DNA of 63,458 nucleotides, the filler included, from an uncultured bacterium (lineage in GTDB: Bacteria; DYJV01), in the NCBI GenBank assembly GCA_964543655.1. It is 3 parts of 3 records of this genome, joined end to end, with 100 filler letters (N's around TTAATTAATTAA, not from the genome) between each part and the next. Parts side by side here need not be neighbours in the genome. Positions count along the whole stretch, not along the records: positions 40,440 to 63,458 come from CAZIZE010000063.1; 2 more parts are not named here. One strand, given 5' to 3'. The position numbers were made by a program, and so were the translations under genes. Of this stretch, positions 40,652 to 51,073 are shown one piece after another (within the stretch, counting starts at the first letter, position 1; each line of letters starts with the position of its first letter). The notes under the pieces are model-generated. The model had not been told where the DNA came from, did no database searches, and saw only the letters and a list, made by a program, of their open reading frames with translations.

Positions 40652-41857
40652 TTACTTTAAAACAATTTTTTTTATTTTTTTCTTACCTGCTCTGATTATT
40701 CCTGAAAAACCTTTTGTTAATTCTATATTTTCATCTAAAACTTTTTCGCCATCTATTTTTACAGCTCCCTGTTTGATTAATCTTTTGGCTTCGCTGTTTG
40801 AGCTTACCATTTGAAGCTCTTTTAAAAGCTTGCATATCCATATTTTCTCATTTTCAATTTCAATTTCAACATTTTCAAGCTCATCAGGCACTTCCTTTTT
40901 GCTAAAAAGTTGCAAAAAATACTCTTCTGCCTCTTTTGCTTTTTCATAACCATGAAATCTTGCAACAATTTCGTATGCAAGCTGTTTTTTAGCATTCATT
41001 GGATGAACTGAACCATCTTTTATGCCATTTTTTAATTTAAGGAAATCGTTGTAACTAATATCACTTAAAAGTTCATAATATCTAATCATTAGCTCATCTG
41101 AAATAGACATTATTTTGCCATACATATCATTTGGATTTTCTTGAATGCCAATGTAATTATTCAATGATTTGCTCATTTTATTTTTACCATCAAGACCTTC
41201 AAGTATGGGCATTGTTAGAATAACTTGAGGAGATTGACCATAATCTCGCTGTAAATCTCTACCAACAAGCAGATTAAACTTTTGGTCAGTGCCGCCAAGC
41301 TCTACATCACTTTTTATTGCAACAGAATCATACCCCTGAAAAAGAGGATATAAAAATTCATGAATAGATATTGAAATATTATTTTTAAATCTATTGTTAA
41401 AATCGTCTCTTTCAAGCATTCTTGCAACAGTATATTTTGAACATAACCTCACAATGTCCTCTGAAGTTAATTTGGATAGCCATTCACTGTTAAAAACTAT
41501 TATGGTTTTCTCTTCATTTAAAATTTTAAAAATTTGCTCTTTATAAGTTTCTGCATTTTTCAAAACCTCTTCTTTTGAAAGAGCTTTCCTTGTTTCTGAT
41601 TTTCCAGTAGGGTCACCAATCATTCCAGTAAAATCACCTATTAAAAAGTATATTTCATGACCTAAATCCTGGAAATGTTTTAATTTCTGGATTAACACAG
41701 TATGTCCAAGGTGTAGGTCAGGAGCTGTTGGGTCAAAGCCAGCCTTGATTCTAAGTGAGCCTTTGGCTTTAATTTTTTCAATTAATTCTTCCTCTCTAAT
41801 AATTTCCTCTGCACCTTTTTTAATAAGATTCATCTGTTCATTAATATCAATATTCAT
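40652..41857 (-). CDS. tyrS: Tyrosine--tRNA ligase
   Basis: [36 protein letters not shown]4 domain. Confidence 0.98.
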   Translation of the reverse strand: MNIDINEQMNLIKKGAEEIIREEELIEKIKAKGSLRIKAGFDPTAPDLHLGHTVLIQKLKHFQDLGHEIYFLIGDFTGMIGDPTGKSETRKALSKEEVLKNAETYKEQIFKILNEEKTIIVFNSEWLSKLTSEDIVRLCSKYTVARMLERDDFNNRFKNNISISIHEFLYPLFQGYDSVAIKSDVELGGTDQKFNLLVGRDLQRDYGQSPQVILTMPILEGLDGKNKMSKSLNNYIGIQENPNDMYGKIMSISDELMIRYYELLSDISYNDFLKLKNGIKDGSVHPMNAKKQLAYEIVARFHGYEKAKEAEEYFLQLFSKKEVPDELENVEIEIENEKIWICKLLKELQMVSSNSEAKRLIKQGAVKIDGEKVLDENIELTKGFSGIIRAGKKKIKKIVLK

Positions 41858-42061
41858 TAAAACCTCCTGTTAATACAATTTCTGATTAATTAGTTTATAA
41901 TGTGCGTTTTCCAAATTTAAAACCTTTGCACAGTGTTTTTAACTATTGCTAAAATTTTTTCATATTAATAACTTTTGAATTTTTCAATTGCTATGTTTAA
42001 CAGAGAGTCACTCTGCCCCTGAATGAAGTTTTAATTTAGTATAGCATAATTTTAGCAAAAA

Positions 42062-43261
42062 TTAAACTATTAAAATATCTTCACTAATTTTAGTTATTTT
42101 TTCAATTTTATTATTAAGAACAACCACGCTATTCTCAATACCAACAATTCCGAAATTATTAATTACAAATTTTGGCTCAATTGCAAATGTCATCCTTTCT
42201 GAGATTTTATCTTTAGAATTTTTTGCAAGTAAGGGAGATTCTGATGTTTCAAGGCCAACCCCATGTCCAATAAACTTTTTTTTATTTTTGCCTATTCCAA
42301 GAAATTCATTAAAAACTCCAATAGCTTTTGCTTCTTTAATAGCCTCATTGTATAAAAAATCACCAGTAGCGTCTATTTTTACTTTTGTTAAAATATGTTT
42401 TTCTATTTTTCGGGCACTATTGTAAAAGCTTTGAAATTTTTCATCAGGCTCACCAATACAATACATTCTTGTAGAGTCCACCTGATAACCGTAGTAACAT
42501 ATACCAAAATCAACCATAACAGGCTCTCCTTTTAAAATTTTTTTCCTGCTTGCACTGTTAGGAAAAGAGGGAGACATTCCAATACCAGATGCTGGTGCAT
42601 CATACTGACCATGAATATTGCCACTAATTCCACTTAAAATATGCCATGAAACTGGATTGAAATCAATTGAGCCTGTTCTTAATACTCCTTCATGACCAAA
42701 CTTTTGAGCAAGGGAAAACATAATACTCCCAAATTCAATTTCAGTAATACCCTCTTTTAAATAGTTAAGAGCCTCTATATAAACTTTTTCAGCAATAGAT
42801 GCAGCTTTTTTCATTAATTTCAATTCAAAATTAGATTTAATGCTTCTAATTTCTCTAATTATATTTGTTATGTCTATTAAATTATCAGAGAGAAATGATT
42901 TTAATTTTAAATATTGCTTTGCTGTAATGTAATTAAACTCAACTCCAATATTTTTTGAGCTAATAAATTTTTTTAAATCTTGAAAAGAAGAGAAATTTAC
43001 AGTTTCTATTGGTGATTCTAAAGATGCTCTATGAATATCCCTTTTAACCAAAAGCAGAGGTGGTTTTGATGCATAGACTATTAAAATTTGCTCCTGATTT
43101 GTCCCTGTAAAATAGTAGTTGTTAACTTTTGAAAAAATTACAGCTTCTAAAATCTCTTTTTTTTGTAATAAAAACTTTAATTTATCTATTCTATTTAAAA
43201 TTTCTTCTGGTGGTAAAAAATTTATTCCATTATTATTTAGAATCTCTTTTAAACTCTCCAT
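42062..43261 (-). CDS. Xaa-Pro peptidase (M24 family)
   Basis: VDFG...GYQVDSTR, GHGVGLE, AIEPK, GIEN. Confidence 0.9.
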   Translation of the reverse strand: MESLKEILNNNGINFLPPEEILNRIDKLKFLLQKKEILEAVIFSKVNNYYFTGTNQEQILIVYASKPPLLLVKRDIHRASLESPIETVNFSSFQDLKKFISSKNIGVEFNYITAKQYLKLKSFLSDNLIDITNIIREIRSIKSNFELKLMKKAASIAEKVYIEALNYLKEGITEIEFGSIMFSLAQKFGHEGVLRTGSIDFNPVSWHILSGISGNIHGQYDAPASGIGMSPSFPNSASRKKILKGEPVMVDFGICYYGYQVDSTRMYCIGEPDEKFQSFYNSARKIEKHILTKVKIDATGDFLYNEAIKEAKAIGVFNEFLGIGKNKKKFIGHGVGLETSESPLLAKNSKDKISERMTFAIEPKFVINNFGIVGIENSVVVLNNKIEKITKISEDILIV

Positions 43262-43383
43262 TTTAAAAAACCTCTATTTTAATTTTTGCTATCTATCATA
43301 TAATTTTTTAATTTTGTAGTATAAAATAAAATTTTATTGAGAAATAAACCATAATGTTTTATTAAAGAAAAAAAGGATTAAGG

Positions 43384-44046
43384 ATGATTTTAGTTGTTTC
43401 TGCATTAAATACAGAGGTTGATTATATAAAAAAACATTGCATTTTAAAAGAGTCATTTGGTAAAAAACCTTTTACTTTTTTTAAGTGCTCATTTAACAAT
43501 GTTGATTTTCTTGTTGCAAAATCTGGTTTGGGAAAAGTGAGGAGTGCAAGCTTTGTTCAGTATGCTATTGACAATATTAATGATATTAAATTAGTTGTTA
43601 ACTTTGGCTCAGCTGGTGCTGTATCAGAAGAAGCAAAAATAGGTGATACATATTTTTGCATAAAAGCTGTTGAATACGATTTTTTTACAACAAGGAATTT
43701 CAAACCAGAATTTGAAATAGAGTTAAAAGATGATATTAAAAATATTTTAAAAAAGTTAGATATAAAAATTGGTGTTGTTGTTTCTGCCACTCAAAATGTT
43801 GATTCAATAGAGAAAAAGAAGATGCTTTTCAATAAATATGGAGCAACAGTTGGTGATTGGGAGGCATCAGCTATTGTGCAAGTTTGTAAACTTAATAAAG
43901 TGAATAGTTATATTTTCAAAGCAGTTACTGACCTTGGCAATGAAAATATCTTAAATGATTATAAAATTAATTATAAATCTGTTTTAGAGAATAGTGGTTT
44001 AAAAGTTTTAAAATTTATAGAAATGCTGAAAAAGAAAAGTTGGTAG
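43384..44046 (+). CDS. mtnN: 5'-methylthioadenosine/S-adenosylhomocysteine nucleosidase family
   Basis: SALNTE, SGLGKV, NFGSAGA, DWEASAI, KAVTD. Confidence 0.75.
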   Translation: MILVVSALNTEVDYIKKHCILKESFGKKPFTFFKCSFNNVDFLVAKSGLGKVRSASFVQYAIDNINDIKLVVNFGSAGAVSEEAKIGDTYFCIKAVEYDFFTTRNFKPEFEIELKDDIKNILKKLDIKIGVVVSATQNVDSIEKKKMLFNKYGATVGDWEASAIVQVCKLNKVNSYIFKAVTDLGNENILNDYKINYKSVLENSGLKVLKFIEMLKKKSW

Positions 44047-44106
44047 AAAGTAAGGTGAAGTTTGGATAATGGGTCAGGGAATGTCAGGACTTATACAAAA
44101 TAGATG

Positions 44107-45507
44107 TTAAATTTTAAAAATTATTTCAAAAATTGAAAAAGAATCTTCTCTTTTATAATTTATAGTAGCATTGTGTAGTTCTAAATTTTTTTTGGCAATA
44201 GAAAGGCCAAGGCCTGTTCCAAAATATTTTGTTGTAAAAAATGGTGTAAATAATTTCTCTATCTCTTTTACACCTTTACCATTATCTTTTATAAGAATTT
44301 TAATTCTCTTTTTTTCTTTCTGCAATTCAATAATTATTTTCTTATAATATTCTATTTCTCTCAATGCTTCTACACTATTTTTTATTAAATTTATAAGCAC
44401 TTGCTTTATTTTGTAAACATCTCCAGTATAAATAAGAGAAGAGATATTTTTTTTAAATTCAATTTTTATAGATTCTTTTTGAAAGGTTTCCTGAAATTCA
44501 AAAATAATTTCATTAATTAACTTTACAAAATCGAAATCCACCTTATTTAAAACACTATTTTTCCCAAATTGTAAAAAGTCATTTAATAAATTTGATAATC
44601 TGTCTATCTCATGTTGAATACTCTGAAAAGTTTTTTTTACATGGGTGTCTTCATTTTTAATGAGCTTTTCAAGAAGAGTTGTTTTTAATTTAATGGAGTT
44701 AAGAGGATTTTTGATTTCATGTGTTATTTCAGAAGCGATTTTCCCGAGTAATGATAGTTTTTCTGATTTACTAAACTCTTCTTTAAGTTTTATAAGAGAG
44801 GTAATATCCTCTACTATACAGAGAAAATATGGGGATAGGAAGGTCTGCTGAATTTTAAAATATTTTTTATTAATCTCTTTGGTGATTTCATAAGAATTAA
44901 TTGGACAAAATTTACATGGTTGGGAAAAGCCAAATGCAAGGTCATAACATTTGTAAACATCATCACCATGATTTTTATTTACAAGGATTATATTAAAATT
45001 TTTATCCCTTACAATAATTGTTGAGGAAATTATAGAGAAGATTCTATTAATATATAGGTTTCTCCTCTGATCAATATTTCTAATTGAAATGTTTTGAAAT
45101 ATAAGATTTAAAATTTTTGATAAAAATAGAAATTCACTTTTTTCTAATTTTATATTGGGAATAATAATGAGATATTTTAGCCTGTTTTGCAATATTAGTG
45201 GAATTATTGATATTTTTTTTATATTTTCCAAATGAGTCAGAAATGGTAAATTTTTTAAATTAACATTGTATAAGTAAGATGAATCCTCATACTTTTGCTC
45301 AAATAACAGAATATCAATCTGATTTGTATTAATCACAGTTTCATTGTTTTTGAATAATAATTTATGATTTTTAGCTCCTATTTCAAGAATATAGGCTTTT
45401 GATATGTTTGAAAAAAGTGTAAAATTTTTAGAAAAAATAAAAGATTTAAATTCTGAAAAATTTGAGATATTTAAAATTTCCGCAAAGTTATTTAAATTTG
45501 CATTCAA
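44107..45507 (-). CDS. Cytoplasmic sensor histidine kinase (PAS-like, HisKA, HATPase), orphan
   Basis: THEIKNPL H-box, NLIKNSVEA, DNGKG, PFFTTK, GTGLGL. Confidence 0.9.
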   Translation of the reverse strand: MNANLNNFAEILNISNFSEFKSFIFSKNFTLFSNISKAYILEIGAKNHKLLFKNNETVINTNQIDILLFEQKYEDSSYLYNVNLKNLPFLTHLENIKKISIIPLILQNRLKYLIIIPNIKLEKSEFLFLSKILNLIFQNISIRNIDQRRNLYINRIFSIISSTIIVRDKNFNIILVNKNHGDDVYKCYDLAFGFSQPCKFCPINSYEITKEINKKYFKIQQTFLSPYFLCIVEDITSLIKLKEEFSKSEKLSLLGKIASEITHEIKNPLNSIKLKTTLLEKLIKNEDTHVKKTFQSIQHEIDRLSNLLNDFLQFGKNSVLNKVDFDFVKLINEIIFEFQETFQKESIKIEFKKNISSLIYTGDVYKIKQVLINLIKNSVEALREIEYYKKIIIELQKEKKRIKILIKDNGKGVKEIEKLFTPFFTTKYFGTGLGLSIAKKNLELHNATINYKREDSFSIFEIIFKI

Positions 45508-46111
45508 ATTTTAATTCCTCATTTTTTAAAAGTCTTAAAATATTGGGTTTATGCTTGTAAAGAATTAAAAGTGACACAATTGATGCAAAGTATAATATTG
45601 TATTATCAAAATTGTAATAATGAAAAATTATTAGAAATTTAATGATACCAGGAAGAGATAATGCACTAATAATAGATGCAAGTGACACATATCTCCACAC
45701 AAACGCAACAGTAAAGAAAATAAGAGCGTCAATAGCAACTGCAACAGGTGCCATTGCTAAAAATATTCCAATTGCTGTGGCAACACCTTTGCCGCCTCTA
45801 AAATGTAAATATATGGGGAATAGATGTCCAAGAAATGCTGCAACCCCAGATAGGTATGGAAGCTGCCCATGTAAATTGAGCTTGTATGCATAAAATACCG
45901 GGATAAATCCTTTGGCTGCATCTAAAATTAAAGTTATTATTCCAAGAAAAATTCCACCACTTCTTGCAACATTGGTTGCGCCAATATTTCCACTTCCAGA
46001 ATCACGAGGATCTTTTTTTAAAAATATTTTTGAAAGAATTAATCCATTAGGAATAGAGCCAATTAAATATGATATGATTACAATAATTGTAAATTGAAAA
46101 TATATGTTCAT
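45488..46111 (-). CDS. plsY: Glycerol-3-phosphate acyltransferase PlsY
   Basis: YLIGSIP, GSGNIGATN, GHLFPIY..FRGGKGVAT, KHKPNI.RL. Confidence 0.97.
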   Translation of the reverse strand: MNIYFQFTIIVIISYLIGSIPNGLILSKIFLKKDPRDSGSGNIGATNVARSGGIFLGIITLILDAAKGFIPVFYAYKLNLHGQLPYLSGVAAFLGHLFPIYLHFRGGKGVATAIGIFLAMAPVAVAIDALIFFTVAFVWRYVSLASIISALSLPGIIKFLIIFHYYNFDNTILYFASIVSLLILYKHKPNILRLLKNEELKFECKFK

Positions 46112-46207
46112 GTAAGATTAATAACATTCTATTTTAAGCATGGCAAGGGAAAAAAACTTGATTTTATTTTTTCTCTATTTTATATTAAGAAAAATAAGGA
46201 TATAGCC

Positions 46208-47566
46208 ATGACTATAGAAATTGATTATAATTTTTGTTTTTCAGATATTCTCCAGAAAGAGAAGTTATCTTTTGAGAAAATAAAAGATTTAGACTCAAAA
46301 GTTAATAATATCCATGAAAAGATTAATAGAGATAAAAAAGGTAAAGTTGGTTTTTACTCACTACCATTTCAGGAAATATCTACATTAGAAGAAATTTCAA
46401 AGAATTTTCAAGATAAATTTGATACCTGTGTTGTTCTTGGAATTGGTGGCTCAGCTCTTGGGACAATTGCTATTAAAAAAGCATTACTACCTATGTTTGG
46501 TAAAAAAGAAAAAAAACTTTACATTATTGACAATGTGGATCCAGAAGTAGTAACAGAATTTTTTGAATTTATTGATTTGAAGAAAACTTTTTTTGTTATA
46601 ATCAGTAAATCTGGCTCAACAGCAGAAACAATTAGCCAGTTTTTAATTATTAGAAAAATTTTAATTGAAAAATTTGGAATAAAAGGTTATAAAGAGCGTA
46701 CAGTTATAATTACAGATCCATACAAAGGAACGCTTCGTTCAGTAGCCAATGAAGAGGAACTTGTATCATTTGATATTCCAGAAAATGTTGGTGGTAGATT
46801 TTCTGTTTTAAGCGCAGTTGGATTATTCCCACTTTCATTTGCTGGTATTGATATTTCACAGCTATTGAATGGTGCAAAAGATTGTTATTATAAAACTGAA
46901 AATAATAATTTTACAAATAATTTAGCTTACTTTTCAGGGATGATACACTACCTTGCTTATGAGCAAGGTAAAAGTATTAATGTTTTAATGCCTTATTCAA
47001 GCAAATTGTATGGATTTGCAGACTGGTTTAGACAATTATGGGCAGAGAGTTTGGGTAAAAATGGTATTGGCCTAACACCAGTTAAAGCGCTTGGTACTAC
47101 AGATCAACACTCACAATTACAGTTGTATATTGATGGTCCAAAAGATAAATTAATCACTTTTATTAAAGTTAAAAATTTTCATAATGATACAACAATTCCG
47201 CAACAGGAAATAGATGATAGTTACAAATATTTATTTAATCATAAAATTAGTGAATTAATAAATTCTGCTGTTGATTCAACAAGGGTGGCTCTTGCAAAAA
47301 ATGGAGTTTTAAATTATACAATTATTTTAAGTGAAATCAATGCGTTTAATTTAGGCTGGTTAATATTTTATTATGAAGTTATGACCCATTTTACAGGTTA
47401 TTTATTTGAAATTAATCCATTTAATCAGCCTGGGGTAGAAATGAGTAAAAATTTTACCTATGGTTTAATGGGGAGAGAAGGGTATCAGAATAAAAAATTT
47501 GAATTTGAAAAAATTTTTAAAAATATTTCAAAAGATTTCGTAATTTCAGGAGATATAGATGGATGA
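46208..47566 (+). CDS. pgi: Glucose-6-phosphate isomerase
   Basis: GIGGSALG, SKSGSTAET, VGGRFSVLS, QLWAESLGK, TDQHS, NQPGVE; ATG 46208 follows AAGGA. Confidence 0.96.
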   Translation: MTIEIDYNFCFSDILQKEKLSFEKIKDLDSKVNNIHEKINRDKKGKVGFYSLPFQEISTLEEISKNFQDKFDTCVVLGIGGSALGTIAIKKALLPMFGKKEKKLYIIDNVDPEVVTEFFEFIDLKKTFFVIISKSGSTAETISQFLIIRKILIEKFGIKGYKERTVIITDPYKGTLRSVANEEELVSFDIPENVGGRFSVLSAVGLFPLSFAGIDISQLLNGAKDCYYKTENNNFTNNLAYFSGMIHYLAYEQGKSINVLMPYSSKLYGFADWFRQLWAESLGKNGIGLTPVKALGTTDQHSQLQLYIDGPKDKLITFIKVKNFHNDTTIPQQEIDDSYKYLFNHKISELINSAVDSTRVALAKNGVLNYTIILSEINAFNLGWLIFYYEVMTHFTGYLFEINPFNQPGVEMSKNFTYGLMGREGYQNKKFEFEKIFKNISKDFVISGDIDG

Positions 47567-50500
47567 TTCATTAAAGGAATTTCTTGAAGATTTTTTATCA
47601 GAGGCAGAGGAGCATCTTACAACTATTAACAATAATCTTCTGTCTATTGAGCAGCAATTTAAAGCTAATGGTGAAGTTGATGAAGAAAGTGTTAATTCAA
47701 TTTTCAGGGCTGTTCATACAATTAAAGGTCTTGCTGGAATGCTTGGGTTTGATAATGTTCAAATGCTTGCTCATGCTATGGAAGACCTTATGGGTGAAAT
47801 CAGGCAGGGTAGCAGGGGACTTTCAGAAAATATTTTAGATCTGTTATTTGAATCCACAGATGCTCTAAACCAGCAGATAGAAGAGATAAAAACCAAAGGA
47901 GAAGTTATTACTGATCCAACACCTTATGTAGAGAAACTACGAAATATATTAGATGGCACTGATACTAATGATGCTAATGATACATCAGAGGAAGTTAATG
48001 AAGCACCATCACTTGATTTTTTAGATTTTGATATTCCTGTTGAAAACTTTGTACCAAAAGAGATAGAAGCAGCAATATTAAAAGATGCAGTTGACAGAGA
48101 TTTAAATGTGTATATGGTAATTAAAGAGGTAACTTCAGATATTACTGAAGAAAAATTTAATAAATTACCAATTTTTAACGATATAGAAAAGGTAGGTGAG
48201 TTAATTTTTTATAGGCCTACTGTTGAAGAGATTAATAGCTCTAATAAATCTTCACTTTTTTGCTATTTTGTTTTTATGTCTGAGAAATCTTATGATGAAA
48301 TTAAAAACAACTTTTTTGATGAAATTAAAGTTTTAAGAGAAAGTTCAAAAAAAATAGAAAAAGAAGAAGAGGGAGAAACAATGGCAGATGAAAATGTTGA
48401 AGTTTTTAGATTAGCAGATACAGGATTTGACGAATCAATTGTAGCAGAATTTTTTGAGGAAGTTGATGAGTTAATAGAGAATCTTGATATGGATCTGCTT
48501 GAGCTTGAAAAAAATCCCGAAGATACAGAAATTTTAAATTCCATATTTAGAGCAGCTCATACCATTAAAGGTGCTTCATCTATGTTTGGTTTTGAGCCTA
48601 TTGTGAAGCTGACTCATGCTATGGAAAACCTTTTTGATAACTTGAGAAAGGGTGTGATGGTTGCTGATACTTACATTATGGATACATTTTTTGAGGGTAT
48701 TGATCTATTGAAAGATATGTTAAATTCTTTAAAAGAAGAGGGTATAATTGACCAGAATTATCTACCAATTGTTAAAAAGATCAATGAAATAATTGAAAAT
48801 CAGGGTGCACCTAAAGGTGCAAAAAGTGAAGCTGATATAAAAGAGGTTACTACAGATGAGCAACCTACAGCAGTTTCTACTTCTTCAGCTTCAATTGATT
48901 TGAATATAGATGAAGATTTTAAAAATTTTATTCCTTCAGAGGATATTGAAAAAATAAAAGAGGAAAAAGCAAAGGGCAATAACTTAATTTATATTAAAGT
49001 TGAATATCCAGAAGATATTTTAAAAAGTATTTTTAAACCATTTGAAGGTTTATTTACCGGGCTTGAAATAGCTGGAGATGTTGTATCTGTTTATCCTGAT
49101 ATAAGTAAGGTTCCTTTAATAGATGAATATGAGGTGGATAAATTCTATTTTTCTTTACAGATTATTTTATCATCTACTTCATCACTTGAAGATGTAAAAA
49201 TGTTGCTTGGTGGTTTTGAAGATACATTGAAAATGGAGTACCTTCCACTTGAAATAAAAGAGGCCAGTAGTAGTGTTGAAGAAGCACCCAAGCCTTCAGC
49301 ACAGGTTGAATCCAAGCCTGTACAAAAAGAGGAGCCACCTGCTGTAAAAGAAGAACCAAAGGTAGAACCTCAGCCTAAGCCGCAGGCTCAGCCACAACCA
49401 AAGCCACAAAAAGAACAACCCAAAAAAGTTGAAGCCAAAAAGCCTAAGGCTGACAATAAAAAAGAGGGAGCGAAAAAGAAGCTCACCTCAAATACAATTA
49501 GAGTTGACCTTGAAAGGCTTGATAAACTACTTAATCTTGTTGGAGAGTTTGTTATTGATAGAACAAGGTTTGCTCAAATCAGTCAGGAATTAAGAGAAAA
49601 GTATCCACATGATCCTCTGATTATGCAGCTAAATGAGACCAACCAGATATTTGGTAGGCATATGAATGAAATTCAAGAAGTTATTATGAGTGTGAGGATG
49701 ATTCCTATTGGGAATACATTCAATAAATATCCTCGTATAGTTAGGGATCTTGCAAGAGAGAGTGGTAAAGAGATTAATCTTGAAATTAGTGGGCAGGAAA
49801 CAGAACTTGATAAAACTCTTGTTGAAGAAATTGGTGATCCACTTGTTCACTTAATTAGAAATTCAGTTGACCATGGAATTGAGCCACCAGAGGAAAGAGT
49901 TAGAGTTGGAAAACCAAGAGTTGGTACAATTAAGCTATCAGCACATCATGAAGGTAACCATATTGTAATTTCAATATCTGATGATGGTAGGGGTATTGAC
50001 CCTGAAAAGATAAGAGCAAAAGCTATAGAAAGAGGATTGATTAAAGAGGATGATATTTTAACCAAAAAAGAGATTTTAAATCTAATTTTTGAGCCAGGTT
50101 TTTCAACTGCTGAAAAAGTTACCAATATTAGTGGCCGTGGTGTTGGTATGGATGTTGTCAAGAGAAACATTAGCAAATTAAAAGGTATAATTGATATAGA
50201 CACAGAAGTTGGGAAAGGTACAACAATTAGTATTAAATTGCCATTAACACTTGCAATTATTCAGGTTTTAATGGTTCAAGTTGCAAGTGAGATTTTTGCA
50301 GTTCCTTTACCTTCAATTATAGAGACAATTAGAATTAGCAAAGATGAAATTCAAAAAATTGAAGGTTATGAAATGATTACATTAAGAGACTCAGTGCTTC
50401 CAATTGCAAGATTAAAAGAAATATTCCAGTTAGATGATAAAAAATTAAAAGGTTCATTATCATATAACAATGAACTTGATACAGAGGACACTGGTAAATT

Positions 50501-50711
50501 TTTTATTGTAATTGTTGGACTTGCAGAGCATAGAGTAGGATTAATTGTTGATAAATTAATTACACAGCAGGAAGTTGTTATTAAATCTCTTGGTTCTCTT
50601 TTATCTCATGCAAAAGGTATAGCTGGTGCAACTATTTTAGGAAATGGTAAAGTTGCATTGATTCTTGATATTGCAGAAGTAATAGAAGATTCTAAACAAT
50701 TAAATGTATAA
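47559..50711 (+). CDS. cheA: Chemotaxis histidine kinase CheA with two tandem Hpt(+P2-like) modules
   Basis: FRAVHTIKG and FRAAHTIKG; TIRVDLERLDKLLNLVGE; HLIRNSVDHGIE; SGRGVGMDVV; CheW domain. Confidence 0.96.
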   Translation: MDDSLKEFLEDFLSEAEEHLTTINNNLLSIEQQFKANGEVDEESVNSIFRAVHTIKGLAGMLGFDNVQMLAHAMEDLMGEIRQGSRGLSENILDLLFESTDALNQQIEEIKTKGEVITDPTPYVEKLRNILDGTDTNDANDTSEEVNEAPSLDFLDFDIPVENFVPKEIEAAILKDAVDRDLNVYMVIKEVTSDITEEKFNKLPIFNDIEKVGELIFYRPTVEEINSSNKSSLFCYFVFMSEKSYDEIKNNFFDEIKVLRESSKKIEKEEEGETMADENVEVFRLADTGFDESIVAEFFEEVDELIENLDMDLLELEKNPEDTEILNSIFRAAHTIKGASSMFGFEPIVKLTHAMENLFDNLRKGVMVADTYIMDTFFEGIDLLKDMLNSLKEEGIIDQNYLPIVKKINEIIENQGAPKGAKSEADIKEVTTDEQPTAVSTSSASIDLNIDEDFKNFIPSEDIEKIKEEKAKGNNLIYIKVEYPEDILKSIFKPFEGLFTGLEIAGDVVSVYPDISKVPLIDEYEVDKFYFSLQIILSSTSSLEDVKMLLGGFEDTLKMEYLPLEIKEASSSVEEAPKPSAQVESKPVQKEEPPAVKEEPKVEPQPKPQAQPQPKPQKEQPKKVEAKKPKADNKKEGAKKKLTSNTIRVDLERLDKLLNLVGEFVIDRTRFAQISQELREKYPHDPLIMQLNETNQIFGRHMNEIQEVIMSVRMIPIGNTFNKYPRIVRDLARESGKEINLEISGQETELDKTLVEEIGDPLVHLIRNSVDHGIEPPEERVRVGKPRVGTIKLSAHHEGNHIVISISDDGRGIDPEKIRAKAIERGLIKEDDILTKKEILNLIFEPGFSTAEKVTNISGRGVGMDVVKRNISKLKGIIDIDTEVGKGTTISIKLPLTLAIIQVLMVQVASEIFAVPLPSIIETIRISKDEIQKIEGYEMITLRDSVLPIARLKEIFQLDDKKLKGSLSYNNELDTEDTGKFFIVIVGLAEHRVGLIVDKLITQQEVVIKSLGSLLSHAKGIAGATILGNGKVALILDIAEVIEDSKQLNV

Positions 50712-50736
50712 AAAATATTAAAAGGAGGAGATTATT

Positions 50737-51072
50737 ATGGAATTAAGTAAGAAGGTAGAGGGGAATATATTTATAATCAGTTTTGTTGGTAATCTGATTT
50801 TATCTGATCTTGAAAAAGCAAGAAAGTTTGTAAAAGATTGTATTGATTCTGAAAATGCAAATGAGATTATATTTGACCTTTCAGGAGTTGATTTTATTGA
50901 TTCAGCAGGTATAGGTTTTATTGTTTCTATTTTTAAAACAATAAAAGCAAAAAATGGTAAATTTGCAATTGCTGCTTTAAAATCAAAACCAAGAGAGGTA
51001 TTTAAATTAACAAGACTTGATAAAATTATTTCAATTTATGAGAATGTAGAGACAGCAAAACAGGAGTTATAA
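50737..51072 (+). CDS. STAS-domain anti-sigma-factor antagonist
   Basis: DLSGVDFIDSAGIG (phosphorylatable Ser), FKLTRLD. Confidence 0.9.
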   Translation: MELSKKVEGNIFIISFVGNLILSDLEKARKFVKDCIDSENANEIIFDLSGVDFIDSAGIGFIVSIFKTIKAKNGKFAIAALKSKPREVFKLTRLDKIISIYENVETAKQEL

Positions 51073-51073
51073 A

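Noticed and set aside
41858-42061. T-box leader upstream of tyrS
   Set aside because: No GGTGG.ACC T-box sequence or terminator/antiterminator found
49300-49480. Pro/Gln/Lys/Glu-rich repeat-like stretch in cheA
   Set aside because: Ordinary low-complexity linker before the CheA dimerisation domain
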